A stretch of DNA of 64,000 nt. Origin: Podarcis tiliguerta. Lineage: Eukaryota. The stretch is from NCBI GenBank assembly GCA_965153285.1, contig OZ229115.1. One strand, 5' to 3'. Both the position numbers and the translations under genes were made by a program. The notes beneath the pieces were generated by a model, which was not told the origin of the DNA, made no database searches, and worked only from the letters and a program-made list of their open reading frames with translations. This document shows positions 39,830 through 49,800 of the stretch, piece by piece (within the stretch, counting starts at the first letter, position 1; each line of letters opens with the position of its first letter).

Positions 39830-42800
39830 AGAAAAAATGCTTCTCCTGTTGAAGTTGTATGTTCATTTGTGTTAGGTTGTTATGGAGTAGCCCCTGCAAA
39901 AGCAACTGAGGACTGGAAGTGCTCTAGATGCAAAGCTAATGCCTTAGAAGAGGTAAGAAAATCTTGAATGTCATACCTTTTGCTAAAAAACTCTTGTGTA
40001 TATGTGTGGGCCTTGACTCAATGCTACTGGGATAGCTTTTGGAATTCTATACATGAAAATGTTCTATTGAAATGTGAATAATATTGTGAGCTAGTTTCTG
40101 TTATGAAAATGCTTTATGGAATAGTATCAAAGGAAATTGGAAGGTTGACTTACTGAAATATATAGGCAATGACTGTTTTAGGCGTGTGCAATTGATGCAT
40201 GACTGTGCATGCACGTATCATGCTGTCCCCAAAAGTGGCTGGAAAAGGGAGTGGAGCGGAGCAGGTTGTGCTTACATTCACTCCGCTGCTGCCCACGGGG
40301 GGTCAAGAACGTAACACCCACACAAAGCAGTCAGTCCCTGTATTTGTGTCTGTATTTAATGGTAGCCCGTCCATTGAATGCCTCATACTGGAACTGTTAC
40401 AAAGTGCAAGATTCTTTGAAGTAGCTCTTTTGAAATTTCCCTAAAGCAGTATGTCAGGTTGCACATTGAGATTCCATGTTAAAATTAATATTTATGGTGC
40501 TCATTGAGAACTATTATCTGGTCTGCTGGTTTAGAGAATTGGGTCCTGTTTAGTATGTGGCTTATAGGTACTTGAGCTGATAATGGAACTGGTCTGTAAG
40601 AGCCACTACCTAACAATTTGGTTAGGATGCTGTGTATAGGCTTAGCATCCAGCTGAATAAGGCAGAGTTCCTGCTTCACCTCCACCTTCAATTTTCATTG
40701 GTGTAGGACTTCCTCTTCATTTGTTCTAGAACTCAACCCCATTGAGTGCATTCTGCCCAGCATGAGACATATGTTAAGCCCTTCATTTCTGCAGGTTTCT
40801 AGTAGAATTGGTTTGACTTCTCTTCCGCTTTAGTATGCTAGCTTGACAAAAGTGGTTAATGCAATAAAAATAGAGATAAGCTTGTACAGTCTGCAGGACT
40901 GAGCATTTTGTGTGTTTGAGAGAGATAGGAAGGTTCTGTCACAAGGATGAAAGTGAGAATTTCTTCATTTCTTCTGTTTTGGTAACGTGGCTTTTTTCCT
41001 TACCTGTCAGGATTGCTGTTTGTGCTCACTTCGGGGAGGTGCACTTCAAAAAGCCAATGATAACAAGTGAGTACTTGGGTAACTGAATATGGAAGGGATG
41101 CAGGTGGCGCTGTGGTCTAAACCACTGAGCCTAGGGCTCGCCGATCGGAAGATTGGCGGTTCGAATCCCCACGACAGGATGAGCTCCCGTTGCTCGGTCC
41201 CAGCTCCTGCCAACCTAGCAGTTCGAAAGCACACCAGTGCAAGTAGATAAATAGGTACCGCTGTGGCAGGAAGGTAAACGGCATTTCCGTGCACTGCTCT
41301 GGTTTCGCCAGAAGCGGTTTAGTCATCCTGGCCACATGACCCAGAAAAACTGTCTGTGGACCAATGCCGGCTCCCTCGGCCAGTAAAGCGAGATGAGCAC
41401 CGCAACCCCAGAGTCGTTTGCGACTGGACCTAACTGTCAGGGATTCCTTTACCTTTACCTTTTACTTGGGTAACCGAATATGGAAGGTCTTTTTTCCTAA
41501 AATGTGTCAATAATTCACTTAACTTGAAGCAACAGATCTGGGAATTACGAGTTCCTGTTTGGTGCAAAGTGGGTTGAGAGGAAGCACATTTGCTTACCTA
41601 ACCTTTGTACAAGGCAGGGGTGGGTGTAGGTTTGTTGGTTTCAGATGCATCATCGCCTGCAGTCCATCTTTTATAAGCATGTGCTAACACTCCATCTTCT
41701 GATGTTGTTCAGGTGGGTTCATGTTATGTGTGCTGTGGCAGTTCTGGAGGCTAAGTTTGTGAACATCGCAGAACGCAGTCCAGTGGATGTCAGTAAAATA
41801 CCACTGCAGCGCTTCCGTTTGGTAAGAAGGCAGATTGTTTTGTTCCTTTGAAGTGATCAATAATCCCAGCATATGCTTTTTGATTATTCTTCCATCAACA
41901 TTCTGATAAAGGATATAAAATAAGGTTGTTCAAATCAATAAGATAAATGAAGCTGGAGTGCGATTAGAAGCAGAAGCAATTATACAGGTGTAAAGTAGAA
42001 CACATAACCTGTATACTGTAACTTCTAAGCACTTCATATCCGTTGTTCCAGTGATCTGTACAGCAGCCCTATAAGTTAATTATGTTGTATTATGTTGCAG
42101 ATAGCAACTTAAAGCTGGAATTATAGCTTGCCAAAGGCCACTAAGTGAACTAATAGCTATAACTATTTGTTTTATGCATTTACATCCTGCTCTTTTCCCA
42201 TGAAACTACTAATTCCAAAGCCCTTCCCACCAACTTTTAGTCAATAGTATTCACCTTGCTCCTGCCTGCAAGATGGACACATCTTTCCTAGATGTGTGAT
42301 TATGAGGGGTTGAGAGACCCAAAAGCCTACTAGATACAAGAGATTAGAGGGCACTGAAATGCCAACAGCACTGGTCATACCAATGTCAGGTTGAACACAC
42401 CAGTTGCATTATAATGAGAGAGCAGACTGCTTATGCTGCAGAGAAAGATGGGGAAAGTAAACTATCCCAAGGAAATGGGCCATTATTCTCCTGCATCCTA
42501 TGTATGGTGTGCGGTTAACAGCCCTTTTCATCAGCAAGCAGTGTTGCATTACATTTTGTTCTAAATTACCTTGAGCATAGCAGGGGAAATTTACAAAGCA
42601 ATATGGCATAGACTACCTGCAGCCAACTAAACAGCATGAGTTCTCTATTATTCTTCACAGGGTTCTAGAGTAGCAGTGTTCATTTGTGGAAAGTGCAGTA
42701 CTGTATTTACTTGATGGAGATCAGTAAGTGCATTGACATTTTAAAAATGAAACATAAAGCCTATAATAAAACACAAATCAGAACTGACAGACCTATTGAA

Positions 42801-45800
42801 AATAGGAATTTATCACATCTGAACCCATACCCTCTCATCTACTTCTCACTTGAAAGAATGCAGATGACTTCTTTTTTTAAGAGCATAGGAAAATTCAGAG
42901 AACAAATTCTGAAGAGAAAAGATGTTCTTTTCCACTGAGATAGTAATTGTTATACCTCCTTTCTGTGAAAGGAGACCAGTAATTAATTAGGGAAAGGACA
43001 AGGGATAAGCATTCATTGCTCATTTTTATAGTAAAGATGAATGAATAAGCTATTCACTGGCAGTTGGCTAAGGACACAGCAAGTAAAACCCAGCTGTAGT
43101 TTTTTATGGAATACAATAGTCCCTGCCTAGCTCAAGAGTCTGTCATCATTATCATTTTATATATATAGAGAGAGAGAGAGAGAGCGCGCGCGCGCTATTC
43201 ATGAAACGATCTCCGGGCAGTTCACAAGATAAAAATACAAGATAAAAACCCATGGAAACTTGAGCCAGATAAATGACATACTGTCAGGTTAGGGCTGCAG
43301 GTCTTCTACACTTCCACAACTTTTGAGACTGGGTAAGCAGAGGCAAAGGTGGGGACAGCATTGATAATTTAGTCACACTTCACCTTAAGAGATTTTCCTG
43401 CTACCCTCTTGATATTACAGTAGCTCCCTCTCACTCAAAGCATGTCTCAAATTTAGTCTGCTGTTTTCAGGGTAGTGTGGTGATATGAACATAATTCATG
43501 ACTTGTTTTTATTTATGCTTTGGAAAAGCCTTTGTATTTTGTTCCCACCATGCCTTCATCTCAGTCTTTCATATTACTGTACAGTTAGAATGGGTATCAT
43601 AGTCCATTAACTGTTGCCCATTTATCTTATATTGTGAATAACCTGCTTCTGTTGTCAGGTATTTCATGGTTTTCAGCTGATGTTGTACAGCTAGGTTGGC
43701 ACTCTTGTTTATGTACTAGTTCAGAGCCCTGTGCTCTAAATGAGATGCTTGTTCTTTGTCATTTGGGTATTAGACTTTTGGGCATATCAGATGTGACATG
43801 AGAGCAGGGATATTGGAGGCACCATTCTTGATAATTTCTCAGCAATTATTTGAGGAAGGGAAAGCCCTGTAAGAATTGTGGGGAGACTGCCAGGGAGGGA
43901 CAGCTAATTGATAAGCCAATAAAAATGATTCATGAGGAGTTTAATGGTCCATCCATTTTTGTGACAAACCCTTGAACAAAAGTTGATGTACTACAAAGCT
44001 CACATACACAGGTAAGCATAAGATGCAAATGGTTAACATTTATATGGAATTTGGAGATATCCACAACATTTGAAAAACTATCTCAATATTTCTAAATCAG
44101 TCCTATATAAAGTGTGCTTATTTCAGTACCTAAACTTTAAAAATGTAGCATCCAAGCCAGATTTGAAGCTGATATGACTCACTGTCTTTTCTGGTTGTCA
44201 TGTTCCTTGAATCTGTTGACCCTAAACTGGTTTGTTCACAGAAATGTGTTTTTTGCAAGAAAAGACGGAAGAGAACTGCTGGCTGTTGCGTGCAGTGCTC
44301 TCATGGCCGCTGTCCTACATCCTTCCATGTCAGCTGTGCTCAGGCAGCTGGAGTCATGATGCAACCGGATGATTGGCCTTTTGTGGTCTTCATTACTTGT
44401 TTCAGGCACAAGATTCCATCCCAGGCAGAGGTAAGGTCATGGAGGCTGTTAGATTTAGTTTAACTGTTAAAATCATTTGCATATCCATACAGGGATGAAA
44501 ATAGTTAGGAATCCAAAGACATACAGCACCAGCAAAACACATAGCGCTTGGGAGGGGAAACAGTGATCTCCTTTGTTCAATGGAGGAGCATATCATTTTA
44601 GGGCACTGTGTTAATTGACAGCTTTGGGCAAGTTATCTTACCCTTCCTGGACATAAAATGCATTGGAAGTGCTTTGCTCCCTGACCAGTGGTCCATAAGC
44701 TTGGAAGTTTTATTTATCTTGACTATGGCTTTTCTTTTTTCTTCAGCGAGCCAAGGCTGCTCTTCAGGATCTTACCGTGGGGCAAGCAGTGATCAGCAAG
44801 CACAAGAACGGGCGTTTCTACCAATGTGAAGTGGTCAATCTGACCAAGGAAACCTTTTATGAGGTCAACTTTGACGATGGCTCCTTCAGTGACAACTTAT
44901 ACCCAGAAGACATTGTGGTATGCTATGTAATGAAAGATCCATTCCACTAGAGGGTGTATAGTTTAAGGAAATACCTTCCTGAATGCTCATATTGCATCTC
45001 AGTTCACATTGCTGAAGTATTAGTGTTCATTGAAGTGGGACAAATCTCTAAAGCACCTGAACAGGGCTCAGCGTATCACTTTGGGCTGTAGGATGTAGAC
45101 TCTGAATGGAGCACTTAAAATGCCTGACTGCTTTATTACAAATACTTTCCATTTCCTCATCCTCAGCGTTTTTGTACCTTTAGCATCATTTTTTTTAAAG
45201 GTTGCCAGATAACACCAGCTGTGGTAGGAGCACATATCTGAAACACCAAGGATAAAGTGTTCTTTGTTTTTTATTGTTAAACCTTTACATGTATTATTGA
45301 GAAAAAATAGGGAGAGGTACGGAGATGAATTAGCCACTACTGATTCCATACTGTAGAACAGCTGTGTAGTTGTAGCACCAGATTTGAAGTGTAAACAACT
45401 GCCTATTTAAGGCAGCAATGCTCTATGTGTAACACAAGTTTCATTCCTAACAGCAACTAAGAGAGAGCAGTAATTCCACTTAATGAAAGGTCTGATGCCT
45501 CTTCAACCCCCATTCATCCACTCAACCGGTAACTCTCTCCAGAGTGGGTTGGCTAGTCGGCAATATTTATTCTTCCCATTTGTAAATAGATAATGTTTAT
45601 CTTTTTCAAAAAATTATCCCACATGATAGAGTCAAGATTGTCTCCAAATGGGTCCTCCAGCTGGAGGTGAAGTTGTTCAAGTGAGATGGACAGACGGCCA
45701 AGTTTATGGAGCTACATTCGTGGCTTCGCATGTTATTCAGATGTACCAGGTAAGGACTGAGTGAGAAGGGATTATACCTCTATCTTCTGTCTCCCCTGTC

Positions 45801-46871
45801 TTTTTGTATGGGTTTTTTTCCCCCTGATGGCTTACTAACTTGGAGGTCTACTACTTCTGCTCAATTCACAAACTTATTTGTCAGTTGTACAAGTGGCAGA
45901 TGGCATCTAGGCTTGGCCATAGTCAAGGAGCACTGGTTGAGCTGAGCATTTGAAATTTGACTTGCTTTAATTGTGGTTGTGTGCTATGATTCAAAATATC
46001 TGTCCAAGTCCCTTTGCAGTCCCCTCTCTTGCTGTTAGCCTGTCTTTCACCATTCCCACCATGATGTCGCTTGAGGGCATATATGCAGATTCAGTGTTTG
46101 TTTCTCAGCATCAGTTCAACAAATGCAGAAGCCATGAGGGGACAGATGGTAAGATGGACATTATCCTGAACTCAGGAAGGCATGGGTTACTATGCTCACT
46201 TGACAGTTGCCTGATTTTTCTGGATGTAGGTGGAATTTGAGGATGGCTCCCAGCTGATGGCAAAGAGGGATGATGTGTACACTCTTAATGAAGAACTTCC
46301 TAAGAGGGTCAAGTCAAGGCTGGTGAGTCAAGGAGCAGGGGAGGCTGATCCATATAGTTCTTTTCACAGAGAAGTTTTAACTCAGACCTTTCTGTGCCTG
46401 AGATAGTTCATTTCATGTAGCTATGGGCATAGGTGAATTTTAATTATTAATTTACGATGAGGGGGGCACTATATCCCTGCAAGGCGCAATCCTTGATTTT
46501 AAACAGCGATCGTGGATCTTCTCGAAACATTGTAAAATCCCTTGTAACTAGCCCTAATTTTATTTTAATGACTGGCAAACTGAACTGATGCTTCAGAAGC
46601 TGCCATTTAAAAGTCCTGAAATTGAAAGCCCAATTGATCACCTGTTTGTGGGGATCAGCTGGGCCACCTCTAATGCAGAACATGAATGCCATTCTCATAG
46701 TAACTATTTTGGTTGATTTCTCTCCCACAGTCTGTTGCATCTGACATGCGCTTCACAGAGATCTTCACAGAGAAGGAGGTCAAACAAGAAAGAAAAAGAC
46801 AGAGGGTCATCAATTCACGCTACCGTGAAGATTACATTGAGCCTGCACTGTACCGGGCCATTATGGAGTAG
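26882..46871 (+). CDS. KDM4A: Lysine-specific demethylase 4A (JMJD2A), 21 coding exons, spliced CDS 3159 nt / 1052 aa
   Basis: Starts [24 protein letters not shown] (JmjN); Jmj[18 protein letters not shown] and [15 protein letters not shown]; PHD fingers; double Tudor; ends [16 protein letters not shown], typical of KDM4A rather than KDM4B/C. All introns are GT-AG and exon phases join in frame. Confidence 0.98.
27663..27742 (-). mobile_element. CR1 3'-end fragment in intron 2
   Basis: ATAGAATCATAGAATTGTAGAGTTGGAAGGG, the reverse of the CR1 tail. Confidence 0.75.
27856..28031 (+). CDS. KDM4A: KDM4A exon 3
   Basis: ttctag|[10 protein letters not shown]...IANSD-|gtatga; 176 nt. Confidence 0.95.
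28808..28922 (+). CDS. KDM4A: KDM4A exon 4
   Basis: ttttag|[38 protein letters not shown]|gtaaga; 115 nt. Confidence 0.95.
29174..29367 (+). CDS. KDM4A: KDM4A exon 5 (JmjC HxE iron ligands)
   Basis: cttcag|HVDDWNIG...[23 protein letters not shown]|gtgaga; 194 nt. Confidence 0.96.
29646..29695 (+). CDS. KDM4A: KDM4A exon 6
   Basis: tacag|[16 protein letters not shown]|gtaacc; 50 nt. Confidence 0.95.
30270..30395 (+). mobile_element. Degenerate tRNA-derived SINE in intron 6
   Basis: CCAGGTTCAGTTCTCGGCATCTCC box-B region, similar to 62602-62628. Confidence 0.5.
30990..31093 (+). CDS. KDM4A: KDM4A exon 7
   Basis: aacag|[34 protein letters not shown]|gtgaga; 104 nt. Confidence 0.95.
31818..31955 (+). 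CDS. KDM4A: KDM4A exon 8 (third iron ligand His)
   Basis: ttacag|[46 protein letters not shown]|gtaggt; 138 nt. Confidence 0.96.
32853..33100 (+). CDS. KDM4A: KDM4A exon 9
   Basis: atgcag|[24 protein letters not shown]...MEKK|gtatgt; 248 nt. Confidence 0.95.
33808..33998 (+). CDS. KDM4A: KDM4A exon 10
   Basis: ttgcag|[18 protein letters not shown]...GLAPP|gtaact; 191 nt. Confidence 0.9.
34827..35179 (+). CDS. KDM4A: KDM4A exon 11 (acidic/Ser-rich linker)
   Basis: gtccag|[22 protein letters not shown]...VLTVHSYAK...EQELAK|gtaatt; 353 nt; an alternative in-frame acceptor lies 9 nt downstream. Confidence 0.88.
35753..35873 (+). CDS. KDM4A: KDM4A exon 12
   Basis: ttccag|[40 protein letters not shown]|gtaagt; 121 nt. 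Confidence 0.94.
36737..36915 (+). CDS. KDM4A: KDM4A exon 13
   Basis: ttgcag|[10 protein letters not shown]...[16 protein letters not shown]...[11 protein letters not shown]|gtaagc; 179 nt. Confidence 0.95.
36962..37585 (+). mobile_element. Non-LTR retrotransposon 3' fragment (CCHC knuckle; RTE-X-like) in intron 13
   Basis: [10 protein letters not shown]...GRF...ERIWPC...[14 protein letters not shown], a degenerate C-C-H-C C-terminal domain; tail GCCAATAAGAGGTT(TGA)n. Confidence 0.75.
38467..38662 (+). CDS. KDM4A: KDM4A exon 14 (PHD1 start)
   Basis: tcacag|ADCGG...[17 protein letters not shown]...[14 protein letters not shown]|gtgagt; 196 nt. Confidence 0.94.
39772..39828. repeat. (CA)n(TA)n compound microsatellite
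   Basis: Directly visible, ~50 bp upstream of the exon 15 acceptor. Confidence 0.95.
39876..39952 (+). CDS. KDM4A: KDM4A exon 15
   Basis: gttag|[25 protein letters not shown]|gtaaga; 77 nt. Confidence 0.95.
41011..41066 (+). CDS. KDM4A: KDM4A exon 16
   Basis: tgtcag|[18 protein letters not shown]|gtgagt; 56 nt. Confidence 0.95.
41095..41463 (+). mobile_element. Sauria SINE (full length) in intron 16
   Basis: GGGATGCAGGTGGCGCTGTGG head, GGTTCGAATCC box B, (TTTACC)n tail, ~25-bp TSD. Confidence 0.93.
41713..41821 (+). CDS. KDM4A: KDM4A exon 17
   Basis: gttcag|[36 protein letters not shown]|gtaaga; 109 nt. Confidence 0.95.
43158..43195. repeat. (TA)n(GA)n(GC)n compound microsatellite
   Basis: Directly visible. 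Confidence 0.9.
44242..44430 (+). CDS. KDM4A: KDM4A exon 18 (PHD2)
   Basis: tcacag|[33 protein letters not shown]...[11 protein letters not shown]|gtaagg; 189 nt. Confidence 0.95.
44747..44917 (+). CDS. KDM4A: KDM4A exon 19 (Tudor 1)
   Basis: cttcag|[29 protein letters not shown]...[20 protein letters not shown]|gtatgc; 171 nt. Confidence 0.95.
45630..45749 (+). CDS. KDM4A: KDM4A exon 20 (Tudor 2)
   Basis: gatag|[40 protein letters not shown]|gtaagg; 120 nt. Confidence 0.95.
46230..46322 (+). CDS. KDM4A: KDM4A exon 21
   Basis: atgtag|[31 protein letters not shown]|gtgagt; 93 nt. Confidence 0.95.
46731..46871 (+). CDS. KDM4A: KDM4A terminal exon 22 coding part
   Basis: ccacag|[46 protein letters not shown]; TAG followed at once by a second TAG. 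Confidence 0.96.
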   Translation, partial: SVASDMRFTEIFTEKEVKQERKRQRVINSRYREDYIEPALYRAIME

Positions 46872-49800
46872 TAGTGGAGTAGTAGCTGGCAACAGAATTG
46901 CGGTGACCACCTCCAGGTGGATCCTAGCACTCCAGCACAGCAGAGGCCAAACAGACTGTCTTTACATCCAGGTTTTTTTAAAAAAATAATAATGAAACAA
47001 ACGTACCTGATTCTGCAGCACCTTGAAGGTGGTTGTCAAGTAATAAGATGGATTCGACTTTATTGGCAAACTCTAAGTCTAGAATTTGGGAGCACTAAAT
47101 TCTCTGACTTCCTGAACCATTTGGCTCACACCAGCTTGATGGCTTCACTTTTGGCAGTGAATTTCTTTTTGAAGTACAAACTCTTCTCTACCAGAGGAAA
47201 ATCTTCTTAATACAACCCCAGGGAGCAACAGACAGCTGCAGTGCTATGGATGAACCCCCTGCTTTTTCCTGGATTAACTGTCTGGTTCAGGGTGTGTTTC
47301 CCAGCTCACCATGCCTGCACAAAGCTGGCGATGTCACTGGTGCTTGACAATTAATTCCTTTTTATATTTATAACCCTGTTTTTGTCATGAGCACGTGTTT
47401 TTTCAGCATCACCTCTCTCAGACGGAGCCAAGTGGGATGAAGAAGGGAGAGTGAAACTGATTAGCTCCTTTTAGTCCCTACTTCTTGAACCTTTGATTTA
47501 AGTTTTTGTCCTATTTTATATTCAGAGACTTATTTACTCATGCGTTTAATTGTAATAGTATGTGCCTATGTAATAGGAAACTGTTTGGAGCCATTTAGCA
47601 CGTGCATTCCTTGGGCAAGAGAATCCTAGGAAGTACCCCTCATTAAGGCAATAAGGACCGCAGGCATTCCAGGGCCCTGGTTCTCCTGGGAAGACGAGAA
47701 GTCAGGCGCAGGCATGTAGCAAGGATGCCTTGGAAAATAATTGTAAGGGTATCTCACTGGCATTGGCTCCAGCTTGTGGGGTGTCTTGAGTATAAGTTGA
47801 GTATTTATAAAATAAGTACAAAGGTCAGCATTATTGGTATTTCTGTTTAGGAACTTTATGCTGGTTTTGCCCTAAACTAAGATGGTAAAAGTAGCAACAG
47901 AACTATGTGTATTTGGTCCTATCCAAGGTGTGGAAGTTCAAGGGGTATGATTTTGGGAGAGAGAAAGGGCTGCTTTGGTGCTTTACAACAATGGGGAAAA
48001 CTTTACGTACGTTCCAGAGAGAGTGCAAGCTACTTTTATAAATATGTTATTGTAGTGTATGTAGGGCCATATCATCGTGGACATGCCCTTATCTGACCTT
48101 GGAAGATAAAAGTACCCTCTTGTTCATTTGGCTGCTCTGGCAAAGGATGTGGTGCCACAACCCTCTGTTCAGCTATTTCTCTTGCTGTATAAAGATGTGC
48201 TGTATCGGAAATTTTAGGGATGGAGTGCCTTCTTACACAACAGACTATGTTGTGTGGTAGGCCACTGCTTCTGTATCAGCCTTGCAGTATATATTGCAAA
48301 TTCTTATAATGTAATTTGACCAAATTCTCCTTCAGCTTGCATACACAATCTTCAGGCATTTTTCTGACTCTTCTCTCCCTTTATTAATTGTAATTTTGGT
48401 GTGGCCTGAGGCAGCCCATAACGGGGGGGGGGGGGGGTTAATATAAATCTTGATACCCAGTATTAACTTGCTCTGTGTGTTATTTGAGAGAGTCTAGGAG
48501 TGGGGTGACTTCAGAAGCAGTGTATGTGGGATCCCTGAACGCACACACATGTACATACACACAGCAGACTGGAAGATTAGAAAAGTCATTGCATCTCATT
48601 GATTTCTGTGACTGTCCTTTGAAGAGTGGCAGCTCCCCAAATGTATAAATCTGCCTTTGGAGAAACACTTCAAATATCCTTGAATGCTTTTCACTCCCTC
48701 AGCTATCTGGGTGGGTGGGTGGGAATACTTTTTGGTGCTTTGGGTAACAGATTCCCTCTGGTCAGTATTCTTCTGGTTCCCCAGGTATGATATTGAAAAG
48801 CAGAGTCTTCTATCTTTCTTTTTCCCAGGAGCCTCTTCCTGTCCCAGCTGGCATTTTCTGCATCTTGATTCAGGAAGGATTGTGTTTATATACAGAAATC
48901 CTTATGTTGGCATATTTTTTAAAATATGGCTTATTTACTGTTATGCTTCAACTGAAATAATGGGCTTTTCTGTATCAGCTTTGAAACTGAATCATTACCT
49001 TAAATATTATCAACATACAAGGGGGATTTTTCCTTATGCTTTTGTTTCAAATTGTCTATGGGAAAAACTAGTCTAGAAGGCATTTAAATTCACCCGATAA
49101 AAATAGTCTTGAACTGTAGCTATACTGTGGCTCAGGGCCTTTTCTGAATATTTTTTAAAATGATATCGGGGTTGAATATGTGTGTCTCTGGAAATGGCTG
49201 TTCCTATTCTAGACTGTGGGTGAACCTGAAGATAGATTGCAACAGGTTAAAGTAAAACAAATTTATATTGTGTGGAGACAATATGTAAAGTACATTGTGG
49301 CTGAACCAGCACACTTTGTGAGAATTCTAAGGATTCTATCCAGAACTTACTATAAGTATTCTGCCCTACTACTATTATGGGTGTGTGTCTTGCTTCATTT
49401 AGATCAATTAAATGCATTTAATCTTAGTCAGCATAGGAGATCAGTGAAATAGCAAAGCAGGTGTCTGTCCCCCAAAATGCTAATTATTGATTAATTTTAT
49501 ATAATGACTGTGGGAACTCATTTGTACTGATATTTTAATAGGCTTTTGAGGAGTTAAACTCCTTGTTATTTGCTTCTCCCCTACTTTAAATACAAATTAA
49601 CTGATTAAGATGCATGAACAGCAAGGAGCAGGCTGAACAGAGTGTTATTATTATATACATGATGTCATTATTACCCTTCTCTAAATTGGACTCCAATAAT
49701 TTCTGACCTGTTTGAAGTTTTACTGGCTTTGGAATGGCAATGTGAGATGGAGACAAGATAGGCAGCTTTATGTATTGTTTTCAACCTGATCTAGTAATAT

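Noticed and set aside
46869-46874. Stop-codon readthrough or selenocysteine
   Set aside because: The stop is TAG immediately followed by another TAG, which blocks extension.
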